From: an uncultured virus (IMG/VR IMGVR_UViG_2061766007_000169)
Taxonomy: Duplodnaviria > Heunggongvirae > Uroviricota > Caudoviricetes
IMG/VR virus record: IMGVR_UViG_2061766007_000169
Reading direction: 5' to 3' (one strand)
Length of the DNA stretch: 64,000 nucleotides
Each line of letters starts with the position of its first letter. The first letter of the stretch is position 1. A program made the translations under genes and the position numbers. This document shows, in pieces, positions 1-11,149 of the stretch. The notes under the pieces were generated by a model. That model had not been told where the DNA came from. It was given only the letters and a program-made list of their open reading frames with translations, and did no database searches.

Positions 1-1
1 C

Positions 2-3000
2 GCTACCTGGAATGAAGAAGACCAGATATGGGAAGAGAAAGAACAGAAGACGGTTATCTCCGATACTCCGATTGAAGTTGATGGTCTTGAGATTTATCCG
101 GTAAACAACGGCGTTACAGAAACAATCGAGACCGACAGCGGACCGGTAATCACTGGTCGGTTCAGTGCTGATCCGAACGGCATTACTACAGTAACGTACT
201 TTGCCGGCGCGGGTACACTCGACTACGCTATTAAAGACCGCATCTTCAACCTGTACGCCGTTGAATGGGATCCGATGATCCGTGATACCTTTATTAAGAA
301 CAACGGCAACTCGGTTATGATAACAGACTCCGATGTGAATGCGGTAGAACCTGGTACAGTACTTGCGGGTCATGTTGATTACTTCCACGCATCCCCTGTG
401 TGCAAGAACTTCTCAAGGGCAAACAACAAAGCCGGAGAGCAGGAGATCGACAGAGACTTTGCGAGATCTATCGTAAAAGCTTTGAAAGCATGGAAGCCGA
501 AAGTGTTCACGCTTGAGAACGTAAGAGGATACATCGGATCTGACTCTCTCAAGATGGTGACTGATGCTCTTACCGAAGCCGGATACAAATTCGATTACGA
601 TGTTTACAGAGCGTCTGACTATGGCGCTTCTACCATCCGAGATCGCCTGTTTGTACGTGCGGTTCTTGAAGGAGAACTTCCGGCTAAACCGGAGAAGACA
701 GGCAGCAGAACGTGGTGGGAAGCAGTTGAGGATCTTATTCCGGAACTCGATGAAGGAACGATAACCGATGCAAGAAGACAGCGGTTAGAAGATATGGGCA
801 TCGACATCGAGAATCTCGATCAGCCGTTGCTTATCCTTAGCGGTACGAAGGGCAGAGAGATCCAGGTAGCATATGCCGATCAGCCGTCTCCGACTCTGAT
901 GACAAATGGCGATGAAGCCAGAATCATTCTGACGGACGGAACGATTAAGAAAGTTTCACCGGATGTGTTCGCAAGGATACAGGGCATAGGAGATGACTGG
1001 ATTCATCCGAAGCAGATAAGAGATCCGAACAAAGTACATCAGACGAATGCGTTTAAGGTACTCGGCAATGGCGTTCCTGTAGAACTGTCCAGAGCGGTTA
1101 TCAATCCGCTGCTCGATACGATTGATAAGAACAAGGGCAAAGCTAGTATCGAATATTCAGATATCGACTATGCAAACACCACGAATGAAATCGGTCTAGA
1201 CGAAGTCTTAAAGCATTCTTTTGAATCGGAAGATCATTGGCTTGAGCCGATGGATGCGTATAGATGGGAAGATCCTATAACCAAAGAGCAGTACAAATTC
1301 CATACGAGACTAGAAGCGTTGAACAAGGCTGCTGAACTTGCGAAAGCTCGTGGATTAGAAAATAGTTTCGGAATCCCAGAAGAGCGAAATAATGGTGCGT
1401 TCTGTGTATGGAATCCTAAGACCGATAGAACAACAACAGTTTTGGGTAAGCCTGTTAGAGTAGAGCCAAAAGTAAAGCGGAAGCCTGTAGTAGTTGAAGA
1501 AACAGAGACATATACTCCGGAGAGCAACATAGAACATAAGCAGGCTCAGTTCGATATCATTCAGAAAACGAATCCTGCAACTGACGATATCCATACTTGG
1601 ATACGCTCTGTGGATGATATAAAGTCCTATGAGGAAGCACTCGCAGATGATGGTCTGTTGCTCGGTAAAGGCCAAGTGAAGCGTCTGACAGCGGTAACTC
1701 CGGACTATAAAACAAGCCAGATCGAAAGAGCTCTATGGGATGGTCGGATAACAGTCTACAGTAAACAGCCGATAGAAAACGGCGTATGGGTGTCTCCGTC
1801 TAAAATGGAAGCAAAGGCTTATGCTGGTGACGGCGAAACCTATTGGAAGAAAGTACCAATAGATTCTGTTGCCTGGGTTGATAGCGTTCAAGGTATGTAC
1901 GCAGATACGATTGATAAGAACGAGGGCAGAGCGAGTATCGATGACACCTATGATAAGTATCAGAGCATTGCTCTTATTAAACCAGAGACGATGGATAACT
2001 GGTTGTCATCTGATGGGTTCGCTGCATCTAATCCGGACTATGCACAGGCATACATCGGATGGATTGGCCCAAGACAATTCCTTAGACTGACTACTCGCAA
2101 TACAGAACAGCAGATAAGGGATGAAGGATGGTACGGAAATGTAGACGAAATGTCTAGAGTCGCACAGCGTGTTCCTATTCAGCTTATCATAGATTCCGAA
2201 ACAGGCGAAGTAACAGGGCATGAGGGTCGGCACAGAATGGCAAAGCTTGAGAGCATGGATGTTGATCTTGTTCCGGTTCTGTTCTTTGACTATAACAATA
2301 AGTATAGTAAAGTTCCAATCGATAGTATAACTCTCACCGGACAGTTTGATCCGAAGCGTGTAGTTGATGACATTCAGTTGACTCCGTTAAGCAACAGATA
2401 CAAGGACGATATCACAGAAGAGTTCGTTACAGGAAGATTCCTTAATGACGGCGAAGAAGAACATCCGGAAAGACCGATAGCTAGATTCTCCATCGACTCT
2501 CCTGTGGATGTCTTCGGAGATCCTGTATCCCTTGATACTTCCGTAGTGACGAACGCAACGCCGTCCGTACTGTCCGATCATGTGTTCTACGCCGATGGCA
2601 ATGCCTACGTTCAGACCGATGACGGACAGACCGTAGTAATTAATAATGTAACCGGAGACTCACCGGAAGCCAAATACATTAATACACTGGAGACGATTAA
2701 CAATGCTGACAGAACCGCAACGAAACCTTATACAATACCTGCTTCAACTCGGAATGCAGATGATGGATATAATCTCCGTGAACAGAATGCTGGCTTACGA
2801 CGAGGATCGGAAGAAGTTTCTGAGGAATATCAAGAAGAATCATCTGGACGCACAGGAAGCATTTCAGAACGCAATGAACAGGGTGAACCGCAGGGTACGG
2901 AGCAGGAAAGTGTAAAAGCTTCCCTCGACTTCAGCAAGATCCCGAACATTCAGTTCTTTAACGAGGACGGCGAAGTAGTTACCTCATCCAACCTGTATCC

Positions 3001-3546
3001 GATTGGTTCATTCCAGAGAGAGGTACTCCTCGACATCGCATCCAATAACCTCGCCGGACTTGAGAGAACGATCAACGCTCTGTGGGGCAAGAACAATCCG
3101 CCGAGTGAAGAGGTAGTTAGTTCTCTCCGTAGTCAGATTCAGATCAACAATAAGCTGACTGATACAGAAAAGCGGAATCTGCAAAACAAACTCAACGAAC
3201 TGATTCCGGAATACGGAGTACATCCGTTCGCTCATAAAGATCCTAAACGTGCTGATAAGCGCGAAGATGTGCATCTGCCGTTGCAGATCAACGATGATAC
3301 GAAGACACGGAAGTTTGTTCAGACCGCAGCGCGTAATGCGGACCGTACAGAATTCTCTGATCAGGCTCTGCTTGCTGCTCTGCGTGAGGACATCAGTTCC
3401 TACGAACCGATCTCCGATGCAAAGGCAAGGAACTATGCCGAGAGTATGCTTAACAACCAGGGATACACCAGATGTCTGTCGGTTATTAAGGCTAAAGTAG
3501 AATCCAACGAGAAGCTTACCAAGTACGATATCGCCCTTGCAGAGAT
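2..3546 (+). CDS. Giant multidomain (polyvalent, probably virion-ejected) protein with internal C5 cytosine methyltransferase domain; 5'-truncated and cut by a gap
   Basis: Frame is open from base 2, upstream of the listed ATG at 275. C5-MTase motifs occur in order: FAGAG (I), ASPVC (IV), ENV (VI), RDR (VIII), LGNGV (X). Later GHEGRHR ParB-like motif; repeated linkers IDKNKGKASI/IDKNEGRASI. Confidence 0.8.
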
Positions 3547-3556
3547 NNNNNNNNNN

Positions 3557-4358
3557 TCCGAGCGGATATACGTGGGGTGAAGCGTACTCCATCGCAAAGA
3601 CAAACCTTAAGACTCCTGCGGAACAGGCAGAGTGGCTGGCACAGAAGTACAGCACCGGATCGAAGATCAATAACCCCGACCGGAGTGCGTTCGTGATCTC
3701 GCTCACAGGCGCACAGCAGGCGGAGATTAAAGAAGACTTCGTGAAAGAGTTCGTACCGAGATACACCACGCTCGTGTCCTCAAGCGGATGGAGCAGTTTG
3801 TCAGAGGAACAGAGACAGGCTCGTATCAATGACCTGCAGAAGAAAGTAACATCTGTTGTCGAGGATGCCTACGCAAGGAAGATTGTCGACAGAGGTTACT
3901 ACTCCGAGGAACTCAGTACTGACTCAAGCTATGAAAAGTACTACACCATGCTTTCCACCGAGAAGCTTACCGATACACAGAGGAAGCAGCTTCTTAAAGA
4001 CAAGTATGTGGGCGGAACGATCTCCAATCCCGAAGCGAAAGAGTACCGCATCCAGGTGTACCGGAAATTCATAGATGACAACTACGGAAAGTACGTGAAG
4101 AACGGAACTGCCGCAGAGTTTGAGAAGCTTCATACAGAAGCATCCAATGCTTCCGGCGATGCTGTTAAGAAGAAATATGGTATCAAGAAGCTTGCCGATG
4201 TGCCGGACATTGAATACCCATCGTCCGGTGCAGTAAGTCTTACGACCGGCTACACTCCTACGAAACCTATTATTCCGATAGCAAGCACCAAGCCGAAAAC
4301 AACTACAACTCAACAGAGCGGACTCGCTTCCAAGTACGGAGTGATCCCTCGTAAATAA
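3557..4358 (+). CDS. C-terminal segment, probably of the same giant protein (after scaffold gap)
   Basis: Open frame from the gap to TAA at 4358, followed by a terminator. Confidence 0.55.
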
Positions 4359-4364
4359 GAACAG

Positions 4365-4401
4365 CCCCTTACTACATTAGTAGTAAGGGGTTTCTTTTTT
4401 T
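4365..4401. terminator. Intrinsic terminator between convergent arms
   Basis: Perfect 11-bp stem CCCCTTACTAC/GTAGTAAGGGG plus T-run. Confidence 0.85.
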
Positions 4402-4427
4402 ATTCTATAAAACGATATTCGCGCCTT

Positions 4428-4673
4428 TTAACCAAAAGCTTTCCGGGCATCTTCCTCATTATCGAAGAATCGACACGCCCACCAGGTGTTATTATTAATG
4501 GAGTAGTACTTAAAGAAGTCGTAGAGGTTTCCATGTGCTAAATCCATCGCGGCTATACGGCAGGCATTGGCAAAGTTCTCGGCTTTATACGTTCCGATGA
4601 ACTGCGCTGTGTTCGCCTGTCCGGTTGCCGAATAACCCTCGATCCACACATCGAACATAATTAGATCATCCAT
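4428..4673 (-). CDS. Hypothetical phage protein
   Basis: 81 aa, coupled to upstream ORF, last gene before terminator. Confidence 0.7.
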   Translation of the reverse strand: MDDLIMFDVWIEGYSATGQANTAQFIGTYKAENFANACRIAAMDLAHGNLYDFFKYYSINNNTWWACRFFDNEEDARKAFG

Positions 4674-5364
4674 TGTCTATACCCATCAGTTCTTTGGCAT
4701 AGGGGAGACCCTTAATCCAGTCGCAGAAGGTATGCCACTCATCAAGCTTGTGATCTTTCCTCGCATGGTAGATTCGCTTCAATACCTGGTAGTTCGCCAT
4801 CCATGTCCGCTTCTGGTTATAGGAAGAGGGGAGAAGCTGGATAAGCTGCCACCAGTAAGTCTTGTCCTTTGTTTCCAGATACTTATCCCTATAAGCGTTG
4901 AGAAGACCGACTGTGTCATACAAATGATCTGTAGCGCAATCCGTATAATCATTATCATCCCAAAGAACATTGACAATTTCCTCTGTCAAATGCTCATGCG
5001 AGAAATCGTCAAGAGTGAATTCCTTATCAGCGATCTTATGCATCGTACTGCAGCTGTCGGCTACAGTACCGATCTTGTAAGTATCCATTTCCTTCCACCA
5101 GTAAAGTGGCGCGGTTATGTCGCAGGATACTGTGATCATACGCAGGAACTTCCCATGATCATCTCCGGCATTTGCCAAAGTTTTTGCGAGATTCAGATCT
5201 CTGGGGCCGAGGACAAACGCCGGGAGAGTAAGCACACCGGGCGCATCATTCGGCGGAAGTAGGGCATAATAGCTGTCTATTTTATCCCATGAGTTTTTCG
5301 GATTCCGCATACCGCGTATAGCTACTTCGAACCCATGCACATCTGTGCCTTCTATTTTAATCAT
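4666..5364 (-). CDS. ThyX/Thy1-like phage protein
   Basis: AIRGMRNP..SW N-terminus, APLYWWKE.DTY, SCSTMH, LP.SY and HKL.EW motifs of the phage Thy1-like family. Confidence 0.6.
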   Translation of the reverse strand: MIKIEGTDVHGFEVAIRGMRNPKNSWDKIDSYYALLPPNDAPGVLTLPAFVLGPRDLNLAKTLANAGDDHGKFLRMITVSCDITAPLYWWKEMDTYKIGTVADSCSTMHKIADKEFTLDDFSHEHLTEEIVNVLWDDNDYTDCATDHLYDTVGLLNAYRDKYLETKDKTYWWQLIQLLPSSYNQKRTWMANYQVLKRIYHARKDHKLDEWHTFCDWIKGLPYAKELMGIDNG

Positions 5365-5858
5365 AATATATTTCTCCCATTTAACGTAGATGTATAAATA
5401 GTTGAAGGGTCAATCTTTCCGGTTGCGACACCCCGAAATACCGAAGAGCAGGCATTGTGTCTTAAAGAATTAAGGCACTCGTCAACCTTCTTCTGCTCGT
5501 TAACGATCTCGGCTTCTCCTTCCTCTTTTTTCTTCTGCTGATACTCCTCTATGTCTTTCAGCCACGCCTTCTGAAGTTCGCTTACTTCTTTTGGCTTAAT
5601 AACCGGAAGCAGAAGATAGCCGAATATAGTATTAGGATAAACATAATAAGCCGTAAATGAAGTGCTTGGATTTCTATAAGACATACAGTGCAAGGTAGGA
5701 CTGTAACCCCACTTCTCCGGAGCAATCTTTGAAAGGGTAAGCAGATCTTTTAAGGGCAGATGAGGACTGTCACCTACCTCTATCGACCGATACATCCCCT
5801 GTGCGACAACAGCAGCAATAGCCAATACAATCCCAAGTCCACAAAGTGCGGTCAGCAT
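5361..5858 (-). CDS. Membrane-anchored hypothetical protein
   Basis: Hydrophobic N-terminal helix; start region duplicated as an allele at about 5911-6003. Confidence 0.65.
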   Translation of the reverse strand: MLTALCGLGIVLAIAAVVAQGMYRSIEVGDSPHLPLKDLLTLSKIAPEKWGYSPTLHCMSYRNPSTSFTAYYVYPNTIFGYLLLPVIKPKEVSELQKAWLKDIEEYQQKKKEEGEAEIVNEQKKVDECLNSLRHNACSSVFRGVATGKIDPSTIYTSTLNGRNIL

Positions 5859-6387
5859 TCTTCATCCTCATCTTTCTGTACCATAAAATCATCAAGAGGG
5901 NNNNNNNNNNGCTGTCACCTACCTCTATCGACCGATACATCCCCTGTGCAACAACAGCAGCAATAGCCAATATAGTCCCAAGTGCGCAAAGTGCAGTCAG
6001 CATTCTTCATCCTCATCTTTCTGTACCATAAAATCATCAAGAGGGTCTAGCGGTGTTTCGTCATTCACAATAGGACACCAATCCGGTCTGCGCTGATACC
6101 GCTGTAGAACTACCTCTCTTACAAACTGTCCGTGATACCGGCAATAGTATTCCGGATTCGGCCATTGATGGTAATAATACCAGCATTGCCTGCAGTTAAC
6201 CTTTCCGTGTTTCTTCTTTTCTTTTACAGGTTTCTTCCACTCTTCTTCCTGCGGTTCTTCCTCAGGTTCTTCCTCAGGTTCTTCCGGCGGTTCTTCTTTG
6301 GGTACTTCCTTTGGCTTCGGTATATGGTATCGAAGCCACTTCTCACGGAAGTACTGAAGATCACACTCGTATGTTGCNNNNNNNNNN

Positions 6388-6804
6388 GTAATACCAGCAT
6401 TGCCTACAGTTAACCTTTCCGTGTTTCTTCTTTTCTTTTACAGGCTTCTTCCACTCTTCTTCCTGCGGTTCCTCTTCAGGCTCTTCCGGCGGTTCTTCTT
6501 TGGGTACTTCCTTTGGCTTCGGTATATGATATCGAAGCCACTTCTCACGGAAGTACTGAAGATCACACTCGTATGTTGCCCAGCCTAGGTCACCGCTAAG
6601 ATATAGATCTGCCCCGTGCAGTAGGCACATAACATCGTATACCAGTTCCGAGATCTCTTTATCGCACATGACATCACTCTCGGTAACTTTTTCAACAGCA
6701 TTATCATACCATTCGCCGGAGTCAAGACCCCACCTTATCGGCACACCCGGAAACAACTCGGCTGCGAGAGCATCGTCTTTATAATCGAATCTGCCACCGA
6801 TCAT
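6388..6804 (-). CDS. Hypothetical protein (gapped; C-terminus lies in the allelic copy at about 6000-6377)
   Basis: Coupled ORF with Pro/Glu linker and Cys motifs. Confidence 0.55.
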
Positions 6805-7751
6805 ATACTTACTTCTTTCCTGTCATGATCGTCCGGCAAATCAAAAGTATCACTAAAGAAATTACATAAGCAGTTCACGATGGCTGTATCGTAGGTTCGC
6901 GCATCGTGTCCGGTATTAGGGAGAATAACGAAGTCGCTCTTATCCGCAAGACCATGAACCCTGCCACAGAAAGTCCTGTACATTTCAATAGTCTGCTCTC
7001 TGGCATCATCCCTGTCTCCGCACCCTACATATAGATAATGTATAGGATACTTCTCCTGATCTTCATTAACGACTTTGATAGCGTCGGACAGAGGGGAGTG
7101 GAATATGGAAGACGCGCCGAACCAGGAGAACAGATCCAGGCACTCAGGCATAATGTACTTAAGGATCATCGTGCTTGTGTAGCTGAAGCCGAATATGCCG
7201 AAGTGGTCTCTCGCCTGACTTATCGAATACTCATCCGAACCTTTGGCATAGGTACGATAGTTGTTTATAATATATGGAAGAAGATCATACCGCAGTTCAT
7301 GAGTAAGCTGATTCCCATCGAGTTCCATAACCGGATGCCCCTCGGTAGTTGATCCGTAATAGGGGAGCGTGACAACGATTGACGGCTGCATTCGTCCGAT
7401 GTCGATCATATTGTCCAGAACATTCTTAAACTGTACGCTGTACAATTCCGCAGAATAGCGATGCGCTCTGCTCAGATAGCAGGAGTAGGGCATATCCATT
7501 CCGGGCAGAAGGACAACTACGTTATAGTCCTGGAGCGGATCATAGCCATACGGAAGATAAATACAGATAGGTTTCTTGAAAGCAGTGGGACTATTCCCAC
7601 TGTACCAATGCGTGTGGTACTGAAGCTTTATCACATCGCCCGGATGCTTTGACGGCTTCCACAGATCAGCATTGTCAAGATCAACGACACAGGGATATAA
7701 CAGATTACGTACTTCCATTAACAGGCTTCTCCTCTCTGCCATACGGCTCAT
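6801..7751 (-). CDS. Alpha/beta-hydrolase putative esterase (CE1/Fes-like)
   Basis: IYLPYGY..Y.VVVLLPG, nucleophile elbow GFS, G..D acid and GH catalytic His. Confidence 0.7.
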   Translation of the reverse strand: MSRMAERRSLLMEVRNLLYPCVVDLDNADLWKPSKHPGDVIKLQYHTHWYSGNSPTAFKKPICIYLPYGYDPLQDYNVVVLLPGMDMPYSCYLSRAHRYSAELYSVQFKNVLDNMIDIGRMQPSIVVTLPYYGSTTEGHPVMELDGNQLTHELRYDLLPYIINNYRTYAKGSDEYSISQARDHFGIFGFSYTSTMILKYIMPECLDLFSWFGASSIFHSPLSDAIKVVNEDQEKYPIHYLYVGCGDRDDAREQTIEMYRTFCGRVHGLADKSDFVILPNTGHDARTYDTAIVNCLCNFFSDTFDLPDDHDRKEVSI

Positions 7752-8046
7752 CCAGCCACTTTTCTACATCTATACCATTATATACAAGGCGCTCATGACA
7801 AAAGCCGCAGTCGAGCCAGGAAGCGGTCCCCAGACGAATCCCAAAGACTTCCTCAAACTTCTCGCGGTTTGTCTTTAATGGATGTCTCTTACCCCAGTTC
7901 TCAACTATCTCAACCGCTCTCTCCGGCTCGGCATCAGTAAAGTTTCTGCACCCATAGTCGAGAGAACTTAATTCGCAGGCAGCACAGGAGTGTATAGAGT
8001 TACACATCCGCTTTCTTGTCTTTATGAACTCTACTGCGTTTAACAT
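7705..8046 (-). CDS. Hypothetical Cys-rich phage protein
   Basis: 113 aa in coupled operon. Confidence 0.7.
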   Translation of the reverse strand: MLNAVEFIKTRKRMCNSIHSCAACELSSLDYGCRNFTDAEPERAVEIVENWGKRHPLKTNREKFEEVFGIRLGTASWLDCGFCHERLVYNGIDVEKWLDEPYGREEKPVNGST

Positions 8047-8233
8047 TTCTTTCTCTGCTCCTTTTATTCCAATGTCTTATAGCCATCTCCGGTGACTCAT
8101 AACGTGAGAGCAATACACAACGGCAAGCCGGGTCTTTATTTCGTGTACAGACTACACCGAATCCGGTTGTATAGGCGTCGTGAAAACACTCGGCTGCACT
8201 CCCACAGAATGGGCATGGCTTAATCTTCGTCAT
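8000..8233 (-). CDS. Lar-like restriction alleviation zinc-finger protein
   Basis: KPCPFCG N-terminus, second Cys pair, AI..WN.R C-terminus. Confidence 0.7.
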   Translation of the reverse strand: MTKIKPCPFCGSAAECFHDAYTTGFGVVCTRNKDPACRCVLLSRYESPEMAIRHWNKRSRERNVKRSRVHKDKKADV

Positions 8234-8520
8234 ATGTCAGCCTCCTGTTTCAGCCAAGCCAATACGCAATCTGTGCAACTATCGTATTTGCATGGTTCTT
8301 CTTCTGCACACCACGGATAGATTTCTTCTCCGCTCAAAGTCTTTGCCAACTCATCATCCGACATTGCTCTGATGCGGTCGGCATTGGTTTGCTTCTTCTC
8401 AACCTCAAATTGAATGCAAGAACCAACCCTATAACCATGCCCTCTGCCGACATTGCACTTGTCTCCGTATTTGCATTCACGGCAATTAATATCGTTTCCA
8501 TCTGTCACAAAACCGTTCAT
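8230..8520 (-). CDS. Hypothetical phage protein
   Basis: TNADRIRAMSDDELA motif common in small phage proteins. Confidence 0.7.
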   Translation of the reverse strand: MNGFVTDGNDINCRECKYGDKCNVGRGHGYRVGSCIQFEVEKKQTNADRIRAMSDDELAKTLSGEEIYPWCAEEEPCKYDSCTDCVLAWLKQEADI

Positions 8521-8765
8521 GTTCCACCTCTCATATCAGCACCGCAGTTGGGGCAGAAGTTATAATCGAAATTAGAATTGTGAAAACCGCATTCAGAACA
8601 TTCCCCACCATTACGCCATTTCCACTCCCCATGCCTGACTTCCGCAACATCTGCGGATGGGATATTCTTGATTGCCCTAACAGGAACAGCTTCTTCTTTC
8701 AACCCTTGCGAGTAGTAATCTCTTGACAGAACAAACAAATCATTACGCTTGATGTAGTCAGCCAT
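8517..8765 (-). CDS. Zinc-ribbon phage protein
   Basis: CSECG and FCPNCGADM motifs. Confidence 0.75.
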   Translation of the reverse strand: MADYIKRNDLFVLSRDYYSQGLKEEAVPVRAIKNIPSADVAEVRHGEWKWRNGGECSECGFHNSNFDYNFCPNCGADMRGGT

Positions 8766-9123
8766 CTGTCTCTCCCTTTGGCGGCTCTGGCAGGGGCATC
8801 CATGCTTTAACTCTGCCTTTATAATAACTCCAATACGGTATGTCAGTTGTATTGCTTATAACCATTCGGTCAATTTTAACCTCATCACCGTGAATTGCAG
8901 AGTGCATATATACCGCTACCATTTCCCCAAGTTTAGGCAACCGCTCCGTCACGGAAATCCACTTCATCGGCTTTTGCAGTTCCTCTATAGCATCTGCTGC
9001 ATCACCGACTATCTTTGTCATGCACTTCACAGGATTATTTCGGTCTTCGTGGTATGGGCAATGCTCCTCGCATATACAATCATTGCATTCTCGCAAGATT
9101 TTAAGAAGTTCATCGTACTTCAT
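8758..9123 (-). CDS. DUF551-like protein
   Basis: WISVTERLP...WMPLPEPP. Confidence 0.75.
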   Translation of the reverse strand: MKYDELLKILRECNDCICEEHCPYHEDRNNPVKCMTKIVGDAADAIEELQKPMKWISVTERLPKLGEMVAVYMHSAIHGDEVKIDRMVISNTTDIPYWSYYKGRVKAWMPLPEPPKGETDG

Positions 9124-9133
9124 ACCATCACCT

Positions 9134-9337
9134 CTACTTCTTTCTCTTTTTAATTGGCCTGTTTTCTATTATGCTAACAATAATAATACATAAAAGAATT
9201 AGAATCCCAAAAATCCAAGAAGGGGATAGTACCCATAACCATGACCAGGATATAACCCCAACAAGTTTCAGTACGATAAATACTATTGTAAGAACCCCTG
9301 AAAATCCAATACCTGAATTTCGTTTATATTCCATCAT
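9134..9337 (-). CDS. Small two-helix membrane protein
   Basis: LTIVFIVLKLVGVISWSWLWVLSP motif. Confidence 0.7.
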   Translation of the reverse strand: MMEYKRNSGIGFSGVLTIVFIVLKLVGVISWSWLWVLSPSWIFGILILLCIIIVSIIENRPIKKRKK

Positions 9338-9348
9338 TCACCATCCAT

Positions 9349-9843
9349 TCAATTATAGGGGCATTTGTCAGTCCACAGATATTCGCAATCAGACTGAAAC
9401 CCATCCATAGGGCAGGGCGTATTCGGCGGACAGGACTTTTCTCCCGTCTTGGTAGTGACACTAATGTCCTTAGCAGATGTACCGCTGAGAATGGTATCTC
9501 TGACAGTAGTCAGTAGGTTAATCTCCGCATTCACGTTTACCCACTCGCCGTTGTCCGTGTACCAGAGAATATCTCCGGATTTATACGAGACAGAGGAAGG
9601 CGGTTCAAACGAGATCAGAGTATAGAGCCGATCAAATAACTTCTCAGCTTTTTTCGAATCTCTTATATAGACATAGATAGCATCGTACTCGATATCTTCC
9701 AGCGTGTAACGTGTAATGAAGTTATCATCAAAGAACTGTACGGAAGACATAAGCTGCTTAAACTCATCCTCATATTCCCGGCATTCTTCTTCCGTACTGA
9801 ACTCGGTATCATCGTCTGCTATATAGGTAGTTTCAATCCTCAT
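9349..9843 (-). CDS. Hypothetical protein
   Basis: Likely start MRIETT at 9843 with GAGGAG RBS, overlapping the upstream stop. Confidence 0.65.
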   Translation of the reverse strand: MRIETTYIADDDTEFSTEEECREYEDEFKQLMSSVQFFDDNFITRYTLEDIEYDAIYVYIRDSKKAEKLFDRLYTLISFEPPSSVSYKSGDILWYTDNGEWVNVNAEINLLTTVRDTILSGTSAKDISVTTKTGEKSCPPNTPCPMDGFQSDCEYLWTDKCPYN

Positions 9844-10229
9844 AGCTTCTCCTCTTCCGAATGTAATTGCCCAGGAAGTTTTGGCAAGGGCATCCAATGA
9901 GTTACAAATTTATATTTCTCATATTCCTCAACCGGGTCGTACCAGTTGGGAGTATCTTTATACATATAAAAGACCGCTTCATGAACTTCAGGCTCTCCCC
10001 AGTCCAGAACCACCAGATAGTTTCCATTCTCTTCCGGTAGTCTCCGGTCTACCGGAATCCATTCGGCTTCGATCTTTCCTTTGTACTCACGATCCCACCA
10101 TGAGCAGGTTTTATCCGTCTGAAGATCGCAGTAGATATCGCAGTACAGACAGGGGCCAAACTGAAGCCGTGTCTTTCTTCCCTCGCATCCGAAGCCAAAG
10201 ACCTCTTTAAACTTTTCTTCGTTAGTCAT
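9840..10229 (-). CDS. DUF551-like protein
   Basis: WIPVDRRLP...VTHWMPLP. Confidence 0.75.
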   Translation of the reverse strand: MTNEEKFKEVFGFGCEGRKTRLQFGPCLYCDIYCDLQTDKTCSWWDREYKGKIEAEWIPVDRRLPEENGNYLVVLDWGEPEVHEAVFYMYKDTPNWYDPVEEYEKYKFVTHWMPLPKLPGQLHSEEEKL

Positions 10230-10396
10230 ACAGACCCTTCTCCTTTATTTAACAGGAGCAACCCAGCCGTACAGAATCATCCATGTCCAGAACTTTCTCT
10301 CTTCTTCTGTTTTAATGTTTACAGTAAAAGTCTCAGGCATATGGGTGTCATCGAGCGACCTGGATATTTCCGCTATCTTATCTGCCAGATTCATAT

Positions 10397-10603
10397 CTAC
10401 CCCCACGGATCTACATATCCGTTTTCCTTAATCCATTCTTTCTGCCGACGATCCTGCTCATCCCAATAGGCTTTCGTTAATCGATTACGATATCCAGTAA
10501 CGAGCTCCAGATCCCCGGTCAGTTCCTGGATTTTGTTTGCCATCTCGATCGCTATCGACCAAAGGGATTCAGTCTTCTTTTCGTTAGTCACGTTGCTGAT
10601 CAC
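10397..10603 (-). CDS. Hypothetical protein
   Basis: 68 aa ORF in operon. Confidence 0.55.
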   Translation of the reverse strand: MISNVTNEKKTESLWSIAIEMANKIQELTGDLELVTGYRNRLTKAYWDEQDRRQKEWIKENGYVDPWG

Positions 10604-10707
10604 CTTTCTTACAGAACTTCTTTTTCAGCTTATCTGCCCCATCTATGATACAGGCAACACCATAAAGAAGCAGAACAATTAGAAAGAAAGCAATTGCTAT
10701 CAACTCT

Positions 10708-10932
10708 TTAATCGAAACAACTATCTCCATTATCGCACCATAAATCTTTCAAATGATCATAAGCGTAATCCGCCTTAATAGCTTCCTCATCAATCTCCTG
10801 CCGATCAGACCAGTCATAAGCATCCTCTGAATCTATACAGCAGTCGCAGCCAAGGACATCTCCGGTTTTCTTATCGGTATAAATAGTTTCGCATTCCTCA
10901 CCGCAGATAGGACAGGCAGGAACTTCACTCAT
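10708..10932 (-). CDS. Small zinc-finger protein
   Basis: CPICG...GCDCC. Confidence 0.65.
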   Translation of the reverse strand: MSEVPACPICGEECETIYTDKKTGDVLGCDCCIDSEDAYDWSDRQEIDEEAIKADYAYDHLKDLWCDNGDSCFD

Positions 10933-11149
10933 CGTCCGGCTCCTTCGGCGGATGATTGTTCCGCCACCACCCTACGCTGGTCTCTCCGGTAACAGAGTTC
11001 GTCCACACCTGAACAGTACAGTCCGTGAAGATCTCTTCCTGGTCATACAGATTTGTCTCAACCTTCTGGATCTTTGGCCGCGGTTTCATAAACAAGATTA
11101 CCAGGTTGATAGTAAACAGAACAATCGCTAGTACCTCTAAGATATGCAC
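10925..11149 (-). CDS. Small membrane-anchored protein
   Basis: Hydrophobic N-terminus; coupled ORF. Confidence 0.6.
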   Translation of the reverse strand: MHILEVLAIVLFTINLVILFMKPRPKIQKVETNLYDQEEIFTDCTVQVWTNSVTGETSVGWWRNNHPPKEPDDE

